Of a stretch of DNA of 64,000 bases, positions 17,970 to 26,804 are shown piece after piece. Every line of letters starts with the position of its first letter. Within the stretch, counting starts at the first letter, position 1. This stretch comes from an uncultured Solirubrobacteraceae bacterium. GTDB lineage: Bacteria; Actinomycetota; Thermoleophilia; Solirubrobacterales; Solirubrobacteraceae. Location: positions 1,947,438-2,011,437 of the forward strand of contig OY969096.1 of assembly GCA_963697725.1 (NCBI GenBank), given 5' to 3'. The translations under genes were made by a program, and so were the position numbers. The notes below the pieces were generated by a model that saw only the letters and a list, made by a program, of their open reading frames with translations, did not search any database and was not told the DNA's origin.

Positions 17970-19529
17970 ATGGATGACGGACGCCTGCCATCACCCTCGC
18001 GCCGTATGTGGCTGCGTTTCGGTATCGCGGCGCTGTTGATCGCAGCGCTGTCGGGCGGCGCGACGGCGACGATCGCGCTGAACGAGGTCGAAAGCATCGG
18101 CGGGGAAATCTTCAAAGCGGACAACACCATCAAAGTCAAAAAAGGCCTGATCAAATACACGGGCGGCCCACAGACCTATCTGATCCTGGGCTCGGACCGT
18201 CGCGCGAAATCGAAGGATGCACTCGACCGCACGGACCCGCCCCACAGCGACACGATGCTGCTCGTGCGCTTCGACCCGAGCCAGGGCCAGACCTCGGTGA
18301 TGTCGATCCCGCGCGACCTGCTGGTGAACATCAAGAGCTCCAAAGGCGAGTACTACCCGCAGGAAAAGATCAACGCCGCCTACACCTACGGCGCGAGGCT
18401 GGGCGGCGTCAAAGGCTCGATGGAACTCGCGGCGGAAACGATCGAGAAAGAAGTCTTCCCGGGGCTGGTAATCAACGGCATCGTCGACGTGAACTTCGCG
18501 AGCTTCATCAAGATCGTCGACACGCTCGGCTGCGTCTACGTGAACGTCGACCACCGCTACCTGCACATCAACGGCGAAGGCGGGGAAATCTACTCGGAAA
18601 TCAACCTGCAACCTGGGTATCAAAAGCTCTGTTACAACAACGCGCTCAGCTACGTGCGCTACCGCCACGGCGACTCGGACTTCGTGCGGGTGGCTCGCCA
18701 GCAGGACTTCCTGCGCGCCCTGCGCGAGCAGGTCTCCTCAGAAAACCTGCTGAAACAGGTCAGGCACGTGGCCCACGTCGTGGGCAAGGCGATCGTGACG
18801 GCGGGCTTCAGCTCGGCTGCCAACCGCGTGATCGATCTCGCGAAGCTGATCGGCTTCTCCCAGGGCAAGCCGTTGCGCCAGGTGAAGTTCCGCGCGACCA
18901 GCACGAACTTCGCGTTGAAGGGCGGCTCCTACGTGACGAGCACGCCGGCGATGGAGCAGGCGACGCTGGAGGACTTCCTCAACGGCGATGAAACCGTCGC
19001 GGCGGAACCGAAGCCGGCGGCGCCGACGAACAAGGGCAGCCACGGCAAGCACTCACACAAGCACGCCCACCACGCATCGGCCCCCTCCGCGGCCTCGCTG
19101 GGACTCGCGCCGACGCCAACCTCGGGTGATGAGGAACTGGCGAAGCAGACGATCAGCATGCCGCTACGCGTGCTTTATCCCTCGGTGCAGACCGCGGTCA
19201 GCGAAGAGCAGCCCACGCGCGCCTACGACCTGCGTGATAAGGGCGGGCGCCTGCGCCACGCCTACGTGGTCGTGTGGAAACAGAACACGCTCGGCGGCTA
19301 TTACGACTTTGAGGGCACCGACTGGCCGAAGCCGCCGCTGATCGCACACCCGAACCAACAGCGCAAAATCGACCACAAGACCTACATGCTGTTCACGGAC
19401 GGCAGCCACATCCACGTGATCGCCTGGCGTCAGGGCAAAATGCTCTACTGGGTGACGAACACGCTGCTGGAGGATCTATCGAACCAGCAGATGCTGGCTA
19501 TCGCCCGCTCGGCAAAGCCTCTGCACTAA
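17970..19529 (+). CDS. LCP (LytR-CpsA-Psr) family glycopolymer transferase
   Basis: N-terminal TM, LILGSDRR, SDTMLLVR, MSIPRDL, KINAAY, YVRYRH, RVARQQDFL; start could be ATG 18006. Confidence 0.92.
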   Translation: MDDGRLPSPSRRMWLRFGIAALLIAALSGGATATIALNEVESIGGEIFKADNTIKVKKGLIKYTGGPQTYLILGSDRRAKSKDALDRTDPPHSDTMLLVRFDPSQGQTSVMSIPRDLLVNIKSSKGEYYPQEKINAAYTYGARLGGVKGSMELAAETIEKEVFPGLVINGIVDVNFASFIKIVDTLGCVYVNVDHRYLHINGEGGEIYSEINLQPGYQKLCYNNALSYVRYRHGDSDFVRVARQQDFLRALREQVSSENLLKQVRHVAHVVGKAIVTAGFSSAANRVIDLAKLIGFSQGKPLRQVKFRATSTNFALKGGSYVTSTPAMEQATLEDFLNGDETVAAEPKPAAPTNKGSHGKHSHKHAHHASAPSAASLGLAPTPTSGDEELAKQTISMPLRVLYPSVQTAVSEEQPTRAYDLRDKGGRLRHAYVVVWKQNTLGGYYDFEGTDWPKPPLIAHPNQQRKIDHKTYMLFTDGSHIHVIAWRQGKMLYWVTNTLLEDLSNQQMLAIARSAKPLH

Positions 19530-19942
19530 AGCCGGTTGGCGGCGCGCGCCTGATCCAAGGCCGCGTTGACGAGCGCGTCGGCGTCGGCGTTCTGGGCGCG
19601 CGGGACGGTTCGGATCGACCAACGCTCGAACCCCCGGAGGGCGGCGAGTGCCTCGCCGTGCAGGGGCTTGAGCGTGGCGTTCTTGACCTTGTACTGGCCC
19701 ATGACCTGCTTGGCGATGAGCTCAGAGTCGCCGATCACTTCGATCTCCTCGGCACCGAGCGCACGCGCCTGCTCTAGCCCCAGCAGCAGCGCACGATACT
19801 CGGCGACGTTGTTGGTGGCGTGGCCCAGCAGCTGCGCGTGCTCACCCAGCGTCTGCCCGTCGGGATCGGAGATCACACAGGCCGCCGCGGCGGGTCCCGG
19901 GTTGCCGCGAGCGCCGCCGTCGACGTGCACCACCACCTTCAT
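19526..19942 (-). CDS. rnhA: Ribonuclease HI
   Basis: VDGGARGNPGPAA, TNNVAEYRAL, GDSELIAKQ, NADADAL; start trimmed to ATG 19942. Confidence 0.92.
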   Translation of the reverse strand: MKVVVHVDGGARGNPGPAAAACVISDPDGQTLGEHAQLLGHATNNVAEYRALLLGLEQARALGAEEIEVIGDSELIAKQVMGQYKVKNATLKPLHGEALAALRGFERWSIRTVPRAQNADADALVNAALDQARAANRL

Positions 19943-19964
19943 CGGGGTGAAGTATGCAGAGCGG

Positions 19965-20210
19965 CTAGGCGGTTGCCTGCGCGAGCGGGGGGAGGTCCCC
20001 CGGCACGCGCGCACGTCGGCGGTCGCGCACGATGCGGCGTTGGCGGTGCTCGCTGGCCTCTGCCGTCGCGACGGAGCGTCCCTGACGGGCGCGCCGGTCG
20101 AACTCGCGACGATCTACGATCACGGTGACGTTGTCCTCGTTCTCGTAGTACTTGACGAGCTTGGGATACAGCTCGTCGGCCAGCGGCTTGGGTACGACGC
20201 AATAGATCAT
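19965..20210 (-). CDS. Small hypothetical protein (81 aa) with DRR/Arg-rich motifs
   Basis: MIYCVVPKPLADELY...VIVDRREFDRR; strong promoter-like sequence upstream. Confidence 0.7.
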   Translation of the reverse strand: MIYCVVPKPLADELYPKLVKYYENEDNVTVIVDRREFDRRARQGRSVATAEASEHRQRRIVRDRRRARVPGDLPPLAQATA

Positions 20211-20220
20211 CGTCGCGGGG

Positions 20221-20248
20221 ATCTTACTCCGTGATTTCCGATAATCAA
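20221..20248 (-). promoter_or_regulatory. Sigma70/SigA-like promoter TTGATT-N16-TAAGAT with overlapping imperfect inverted repeat
   Basis: Read directly upstream of the 81-aa ORF; GTGATT-N6-AATCAA at 20231-20248. Confidence 0.55.
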
Positions 20249-20316
20249 CCCTTGCGGGGCGATCCGAACAAATTCGGCCCACCAGAGAATTCGCCGCGAG
20301 GCCTTGCGACGCGGAC

Positions 20317-21024
20317 CTAGGGCAGCGCCAGAGCGCCGCGCTCATCCGCGAGCGCGTTCGCGAGCCGGTCCTCGGTACCGAGTTCTGAGAGCTCGGTGCC
20401 CTGCGCGAGGGCGCGAGCTTCGGGCCCCTGCATGTCGTCGAGGTCGACCTCGTAGGTGTACCAGCAGAGCTCCCAGGCGAGCACGATCACGATCGAGCTG
20501 GCGACGGCCTCGCCGGGACGCACGGTCACCTCGGGGGCACCCAGCGAGCGTGTGAGGCTGGCGACGCGGCGTGGGTACTCGCCGATGTTGAAGATGTCCA
20601 GGGCGTTCTGCAGCGGCCCGGCGCTCGTCGGCTGGGCGGGCTGCTCGTGGGGCCCCGCCGAAGCGCCGTGCGCCTCGCCCGCGTCGAGGAAGTCGAACGG
20701 CTGCGCCTCCTCCCCATTCTGCGCAAAGACCGCGCCGCGGTCGCTACCCTCGCCCGCGGTCTCTGCGTCGGTGCGGCGCGACTGGCGCAGGCGTCCGAGC
20801 AACGAGCGCCCCCGGCCGGCGCGTAGCGGCGCGTGACCCAGCGCGTGCTGCTCGGAGCCTCGCTTCCAGCCCTGATGGGCGGCACGGGGCGCGCACAGCT
20901 CGCAGACGATCCGCGGTTGACCGGCGGCCAGGAAGGTGTCGGGCTGCTCGCCGCGCAGCAGACGACGTTCGCAGACGTCGCAGGCGACGTCGGGCTGCGA
21001 GGTGACGATCGATCGGGTTGCCAT
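20317..21024 (-). CDS. Hypothetical protein with N-terminal CxxC...CxxC zinc ribbon
   Basis: CDVCERRLLRGE...CELC; ordered C-terminal block EYPRRVASL...AWELCWYTYEVDL; TACCCT 7 nt upstream. Confidence 0.75.
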   Translation of the reverse strand: MATRSIVTSQPDVACDVCERRLLRGEQPDTFLAAGQPRIVCELCAPRAAHQGWKRGSEQHALGHAPLRAGRGRSLLGRLRQSRRTDAETAGEGSDRGAVFAQNGEEAQPFDFLDAGEAHGASAGPHEQPAQPTSAGPLQNALDIFNIGEYPRRVASLTRSLGAPEVTVRPGEAVASSIVIVLAWELCWYTYEVDLDDMQGPEARALAQGTELSELGTEDRLANALADERGALALP

Positions 21025-21098
21025 CCGCGGGAGGGTATCGGGCCGCCGCCCACTCGTGGCGCTTGCATCGGCAAACCCGCGCCATTACCTTGTGCGGC

Positions 21099-23186
21099 GT
21101 GAAGGCGGTTCTGCGCGGTGGGGGGAGGTGGTCGGCGCTCGCGGGCGGCGTCGTCGTCGCGTGCGCGTTGTGGGCGAGCGCGGCGGGCGCGGCGACGATC
21201 ACGGTCAACACGACCGAAGACGCGATCGCGAACGACGGGCACTGCTCACTGCGTGAGGCGATCACGGCGGCAAACAACGACCAGCCTTCGGGAGTCAAAG
21301 CAGGCGAGTGCGCCAAAGGCGAAGGCCCGGACACGATCGTGCTGCCCGCGGGGATCTACAAGCTGACGCGCTTCGGCGCGCACGAGGAGGCGAACTCGAC
21401 CGGCGACCTCGACCTGACGAGCGCGGTCACGATCCAGGGCGCGGGCAGCGCGAACACGAAAATCGACGGGGACGCCAACGAAGCGGGCAGCGCGAGCGAT
21501 CGCGCGATGGACATACACGGCGTGCGCGTGACGATCGAGGGCGTAATGATCAACGCGGCTCGTGCTCCCTCGACCGTCGCGGGCGACGAGGACGGCGGCG
21601 GCATCCTGATCCATGAAGGCTCGAGCGTGACGCTTCAGGAATCGCGCGTGATCGGAGACGTCGCGGGCAACGGTCCACTGGACCAGCGCGGCGGCAACGG
21701 CGGCGGGATCGCAAACGCGGGCACGCTGACGATCGCCGCCAGCGAAATCGCAGAAGACGTCTCCGGCACCTCGAACAGCGGGCCGGGCTTCCCGACGGGA
21801 ATCGGCGGCGGCATCTGGAACACGGGCACGCTGACGATCGAGGACAGCCTGCTGTTCGAAAACTTCACCGCGATCCGCTCCAGCGAAGACGTGATAGGCG
21901 GCGACGGGGGCGCGATTGCGAACAGCGGGCTGTCGCTGACGATCGACGCGAGCACGCTGAGCACGAACGGCACGAGCAAAGGGGGCGCGAACGGCTCAGG
22001 GGAGAAGCGCGGAGGAAACGGCGGCGCGATCCTCAGCACGGCAGGCGCGCTCAGCCTGAGCGGCTCGACCGTGACCGCGAATCGCACGGGTATGGGCGGC
22101 GGGATCTTCGACGGCGAAGACGGCGGCAGCGGCGGCGGTGTCGCGGTCGAAGGCGGCAGCGCGACGTTCGTGAACGACACCTTCAACGGCAACGCGACCG
22201 GGGCGGGCGGCAACGGCGACCTCGCGCCGCCAGAACAACAAGGCGGCGACGGCGGCCCAGGTGCGGCGATCGCGGCCACGGGCGGCAGCGTGCTCTCGCT
22301 CGCCAATTTGACGATTGCCGACAACCTGACGGGCGTCGGCGGCACGGGCGCCAAACCCGGCCGGCGAGGCAGTGGTGCGCTAAGCGTGGGCGGCGGCGCG
22401 AGCGCGAGCGTGCGGGGAACGATCTTTGCGAACAACGAAGGCGGCAACTGCGCGGGCGCGCCGGCCGACGGGGGTCACAACATCGCCTTCGGCGGCGGCT
22501 GCCCGGCGGGCTTCTCGGGCGGCGATCCGATGCTGGCGCCGCTGCAGGACAACGGCGGCCCCACGAGCACGATGGCGCTCGGCGCGGGCAGCGCCGCGCT
22601 CGATCAGCTCCCGCTGGGCGCCGAGTGCCCCGCGAGCGACCAGCGCGGCGTGGCGCGCCCGCAGGGCCCCGCCTGCGACATCGGCGCCTACGAGCTCGCG
22701 CCGACGCCGCCGATCTCCGCCCCCAGCCCGGTCACGACGCCCGGCACGACGCCGACACCACCGCCGTCGACCGTACGCCGCGTTGCACCGGCGCTGGGGC
22801 CGCTGACGCTCTCCCCCACCGCGTTCCGCGTGGCCAAGTCCGGCGCGAGCATCGCGAAACTCCAGCCGCAGGGGACGAGCCTGGGCTACAACGACAGCGA
22901 CGTCGCGACGACGACGTTCGCGGTGCTGCGCTCCCAGCGCGGGGTCCGCAAGCGAGGCCGCTGCGTCGCCCCGCCGAAGCACGGCGGCGGCGGGCGGCCC
23001 TGCAAGCGGTTCGTGAAGGTCGGCGCCTTCACGCACGTCGACAAGACGGGTCACAACGGCTTCCGCTTCACGGGTCGGGTCGGTGGCAGCGCCCTGAAGC
23101 CGGGGGCTTATGAGCTTGAAGCGACGCCGCGACTCGGCGGGCTGAGCGGCGCGGCACGCACGGCGCGCTTTACGATCGTTCGCTGA
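21099..23186 (+). CDS. Secreted CSLREA-domain, Gly-rich beta-helix protein with choice-of-anchor Q-like segment
   Basis: Signal peptide ending AGA; ITVNTTED...HCSLREAITAAN; GG(A/G)I repeats; DPMLAPLQDNGGPTSTMAL...DQRG...CDIGAYE; GTG 21099. Confidence 0.88.
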   Translation: MKAVLRGGGRWSALAGGVVVACALWASAAGAATITVNTTEDAIANDGHCSLREAITAANNDQPSGVKAGECAKGEGPDTIVLPAGIYKLTRFGAHEEANSTGDLDLTSAVTIQGAGSANTKIDGDANEAGSASDRAMDIHGVRVTIEGVMINAARAPSTVAGDEDGGGILIHEGSSVTLQESRVIGDVAGNGPLDQRGGNGGGIANAGTLTIAASEIAEDVSGTSNSGPGFPTGIGGGIWNTGTLTIEDSLLFENFTAIRSSEDVIGGDGGAIANSGLSLTIDASTLSTNGTSKGGANGSGEKRGGNGGAILSTAGALSLSGSTVTANRTGMGGGIFDGEDGGSGGGVAVEGGSATFVNDTFNGNATGAGGNGDLAPPEQQGGDGGPGAAIAATGGSVLSLANLTIADNLTGVGGTGAKPGRRGSGALSVGGGASASVRGTIFANNEGGNCAGAPADGGHNIAFGGGCPAGFSGGDPMLAPLQDNGGPTSTMALGAGSAALDQLPLGAECPASDQRGVARPQGPACDIGAYELAPTPPISAPSPVTTPGTTPTPPPSTVRRVAPALGPLTLSPTAFRVAKSGASIAKLQPQGTSLGYNDSDVATTTFAVLRSQRGVRKRGRCVAPPKHGGGGRPCKRFVKVGAFTHVDKTGHNGFRFTGRVGGSALKPGAYELEATPRLGGLSGAARTARFTIVR

Positions 23187-23216
23187 GAGGATCGGAACGA
23201 GCACCCGGCGAGGCGC

Positions 23217-25304
23217 TCACGCGTGCGCCGCGGCCTGCTCCTGGCCCGCCTGTGTTAGGAGCTTCTGCGCCAGGTGCGCGGGAACTTCCTCGTAGCGCAG
23301 GAACTCCAGCGTGTAGTCGCCCTGGCCGCCGGTGATCGAGCGTAGGTCGGGCGCGTAGGCGAGCACCTCCGTCATCGGCACCTCAGCCCTGATCTCGGTC
23401 ATCGCGCCGACGGGCTCCATCCCCTGCGGGTGTCCGCGACGGCTGTTGAGGTCGCCGATCACCTCACCGACATAGGCCTCGGGGACCGACAGCGTGACGA
23501 GCATGATCGGCTCCAGCAGCACTGGGTCGGCCAGTTCCAGCGCCTGTTTCATCGCCTGCAGGCCCGCGAGCTTGAAGGCGATCTCAGACGAGTCCACGGA
23601 ATGATGCGACCCGTCGACGAGGTGCACGCGCACCCCCTTCACCGGATGACCCGCGAGCACGCCGCAGGACATCGCCTCGCGCACGCCCTTCTCTACGGCG
23701 GGGATGAACGAACTAGGGATCACGCCGCCCTTGATGCGATCCACGAACTCGAACTCCTCGCCGATGGCGAGCGGCTCGATCTCGATATGGCACTCCCCGA
23801 ACTGGCCGCGCCCGCCGGACTGCTTCTTGTGCTTGCCGTGAGCCTTCGCGGGCGTGCGAATCGTCTCCTGATAGGGCACGCGCGGCGGCTTCAGGCTGAC
23901 CTCGACGCCGAAGCGGTCGCGCAGGCGGTCAACGACGACTTCCACGTGCACCTGCGAGAGCCCCGCGACGATCTGCTCGCCGGTCTGCTGGTCGCGATGC
24001 AGGTCGATCGTGGGGTCCTCCTCCTGCAGGCGATGCAGCGCTGCGAACACCTTCTCCTCATCGCCCCTGCTCCTGGGCTCGATCGCGAAGGCCATCACGG
24101 GCGCGGGCAGCGCCAGTCGCGGCATCTCGATGGGCTCGTCGCGGTCGGCTAGCCAGTCGCCGGCGCGGGTCTGCTTCAGCTTCGCCACGGCGCCAATGTC
24201 GCCGGGCCCGAACTCGCCGACGTGCTGCACCTCCTTGCCCGCGAACACCAGCAGTTGCCCGATCCGCTCCTTGGCGTGGGCGTGCGTGTTGAGCACGTGG
24301 CTGTCGGCGGACATCACCCCCTGGTAGACGCGCAGCAGGTTGATGCGACCCGCGAAGGGATCCGCGCGAGTCTTGAAGACGTAGGCAAACAGCGGCTCCT
24401 CCTCGCTGGCGCACAGCTCTATTTCGCCGACCTGCAGAGCGCCGTGCTTGACCGGCGAAGGAAGGTCCTCGACGATCGCGTCGAGCAGCCGCGTGGTGCC
24501 GAGGTTGCGCGTCGCGACCCCGCAGACGACGGGGAAGATCTTGCCGTGGTTGGTGCCCTCCTTCAGCGCGTCGACGATCTCCTGGTGGGAAATCTCCTCG
24601 CCCTCCAAGTAGCGCTCCATCAGCGCGTCGGAGACTTCGCAGACCTCGTCCATCAGCTTTTCGCGGAACTCCTGCGCGCGTTCGGCCTCCGCCTCGGGGA
24701 TCGGGATTTCGCTCCAGGCCGCGCGCTCTGCGGAGTCTTGGCGAAAGGCCTTCATGTCGACCAGGTCGATCACGCCCTGCACGTCGTGCTCTGAGCCGAT
24801 CGGGATCTCGGTGGCGACGGCGTGCGGTCCGAACGCACGCTTGATCTGCTCCAGCGCCCGGAAGAAGTCGGCACGCTCGCGGTCGAGCATGTTCACGAAC
24901 AGCATGCGCGCGATGTCCAGCTCCGCGGCGCGCGTCCACAAACGACTGGTCGAGACCTCCACGCCCATCACGGCATTGATGACGAACACCGCCGACTCAC
25001 ACACACGCAGCGCACCCAGCGCGTCGGCGACGAAGCTGGGCTCGCCGGGCGTGTCGAGCAGGTTGATCTTGCGCTCGCGCCACTGAAACGAGCTGAGCGC
25101 CGCGGATATCGACATCTGCCGCGACTGCTCGTCGGGGTCAGAGTCTGAGACGGTGCTCGCATCGGGGACCGAACCCAGGCGAGGGATCACGCCCGCCTCG
25201 AACAGCAGCGCCTCGTGCAGCGAGGTCTTGCCCGCGCCGCGGTGGCCGACAAGGGCGACGTTGCGAATCCGGTCCGCCGGCAGGCGGTCTCCCATGGGTC
25301 GCAT
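23217..25304 (-). CDS. Elongation factor G-like paralogue (EF-G2 type)
   Basis: IRNVALVGHRGAGKTSL, LLDTPG, GLSQVHVEV, PYQETI, KKQSGGRGQFG, DGSHHSVDSSE; AGAGGAG RBS. Confidence 0.92.
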   Translation of the reverse strand: MRPMGDRLPADRIRNVALVGHRGAGKTSLHEALLFEAGVIPRLGSVPDASTVSDSDPDEQSRQMSISAALSSFQWRERKINLLDTPGEPSFVADALGALRVCESAVFVINAVMGVEVSTSRLWTRAAELDIARMLFVNMLDRERADFFRALEQIKRAFGPHAVATEIPIGSEHDVQGVIDLVDMKAFRQDSAERAAWSEIPIPEAEAERAQEFREKLMDEVCEVSDALMERYLEGEEISHQEIVDALKEGTNHGKIFPVVCGVATRNLGTTRLLDAIVEDLPSPVKHGALQVGEIELCASEEEPLFAYVFKTRADPFAGRINLLRVYQGVMSADSHVLNTHAHAKERIGQLLVFAGKEVQHVGEFGPGDIGAVAKLKQTRAGDWLADRDEPIEMPRLALPAPVMAFAIEPRSRGDEEKVFAALHRLQEEDPTIDLHRDQQTGEQIVAGLSQVHVEVVVDRLRDRFGVEVSLKPPRVPYQETIRTPAKAHGKHKKQSGGRGQFGECHIEIEPLAIGEEFEFVDRIKGGVIPSSFIPAVEKGVREAMSCGVLAGHPVKGVRVHLVDGSHHSVDSSEIAFKLAGLQAMKQALELADPVLLEPIMLVTLSVPEAYVGEVIGDLNSRRGHPQGMEPVGAMTEIRAEVPMTEVLAYAPDLRSITGGQGDYTLEFLRYEEVPAHLAQKLLTQAGQEQAAAHA

Positions 25305-25413
25305 GCGATCTCCTCTCTAGCTGTGAGATCACCATACCGCTGCCCGTTGGTAGGCGCTAGCGCTCCGCGCGTGAAGCCTGACTGTGCCGGCACGGCGCCG
25401 CGAGCGCAGGCGC

Positions 25414-26772
25414 TCAGCCGACCGCGAGCAGCTCCCAACCCTCGGGCACACCCTTCAGGCTGTGGACCCCGCGACTGGAGAACGCGTAGTCCGAGCCGGC
25501 GACGAGGTCCTTCACCGTGCGCGAGGCGAGCAGCTCGCCGGCGCCGGCGAGCGCCGCAACGCGTGCCGCGATGTGCACCCCGATGCCGGCTACGTCCTCG
25601 CCCCTGAGCTCGATTTCGCCCGTGTGCACACCTGCGCGGATCGGGATCCCGGCGTCGGCCAGCGACGAGCGCAGTGTGTCCGCGCAGCGCAGGCCCCTGA
25701 TCGGGGCATCGAACGTCGCAAGCAGTCCGTCCCCGGTGCTCTTTACCACGCGCCCGCCGCACTCAAGCACCGCGCCGCTGCAGATTCGATCGTGACGGTC
25801 GAGCAGCTCGCGCCATGCCCGGTCCCCGAGCGCCGCCGCGCGTGCGGTCGAGTCGACGATGTTGGTGAACAGCACCGTGGCCAGCACCCGCTCAGACGCC
25901 TGTGCAGGCCCGTGGCGGCCGGTGAGGAACTCTTGCACGATCCGCATCTCTGCCTCGGTGTCTCCCTGCCACGGCGGATGGGCCTCGCCCTCGCTTTCAA
26001 GCAGCCGCGCGTCGCGGATCCGCTCGGCCAGGTAGCGGCCGTATGCAACCGGCACCAGGCGATCCCCGGTGCGGTGCACAACCAGCGTCGGGCACTGGAT
26101 CGAGTCGAGCACCGGACGCAGATCCATCTCGCGGATCCACCGCCACGCCGCAAGCAGCCCGGCCGGCGTCGTCGTCATCCGCTCGACGCGGTTCATCCAG
26201 CGCACATACTCGGCGTCGTCAGCCTTGTGCGGCGACATCACCGGCACCGTCAGCGTCTGAGGCGTTCCCCAGCGTTCGGCCCACTGCGGCACCACCGCGT
26301 CGCCAAGCGCCGGGTCCATCCACGCAAACGAGCTGTGCATCACGAGCGCGCTCACGCGCTCGGGGTAGGTCGCCGCGAACATCGCCGCCGTCGAGCCGCC
26401 TTCCGAAACGCCCCCGAGCGCGACTCGCTGCACCCCGACCGCGTCGAGCACCGCCGCCAGATCGCCCAGCCGGTCGTCGAGCGTCGGCACCCCCACATCA
26501 CGATCGGACATTCCCTGACCGCGCTTGTCGTAGTGCACGAGCCGCACGAACGACCCGAGTCGCTGCAGCCAGCGCCGGGCCTCCGGGTCCTCCCAGATCA
26601 GCTCGATGTTCGAGACGATCCCAGGCAGGCCCACGAACGTGACCTCGCCTTCCCCGAAGGACTGGTAGGCGATGTGCACGTCGCCATTGTGGGCGTAGCG
26701 TGTCTCGGGGACCAGTCCCGACATCTCTGGCATCGCGCCCGGCACCATACGCGTCGGCCGATCCTCCCGCAA
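25414..26772 (-). CDS. Alpha/beta-hydrolase plus class III adenylate/guanylate cyclase fusion (LipJ/Rv1900c-like architecture)
   Basis: YDKRGQGMSD, GVSEGG; C-terminal VLFTNIVDST, KSTGDG, RAGVHTGE, VHIAARV; true start may be 26748. Confidence 0.9.
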   Translation of the reverse strand: MREDRPTRMVPGAMPEMSGLVPETRYAHNGDVHIAYQSFGEGEVTFVGLPGIVSNIELIWEDPEARRWLQRLGSFVRLVHYDKRGQGMSDRDVGVPTLDDRLGDLAAVLDAVGVQRVALGGVSEGGSTAAMFAATYPERVSALVMHSSFAWMDPALGDAVVPQWAERWGTPQTLTVPVMSPHKADDAEYVRWMNRVERMTTTPAGLLAAWRWIREMDLRPVLDSIQCPTLVVHRTGDRLVPVAYGRYLAERIRDARLLESEGEAHPPWQGDTEAEMRIVQEFLTGRHGPAQASERVLATVLFTNIVDSTARAAALGDRAWRELLDRHDRICSGAVLECGGRVVKSTGDGLLATFDAPIRGLRCADTLRSSLADAGIPIRAGVHTGEIELRGEDVAGIGVHIAARVAALAGAGELLASRTVKDLVAGSDYAFSSRGVHSLKGVPEGWELLAVG

Positions 26773-26804
26773 TTCCTGTCAGGCGAACCCAGCTAGGCCG
26801 AAGC

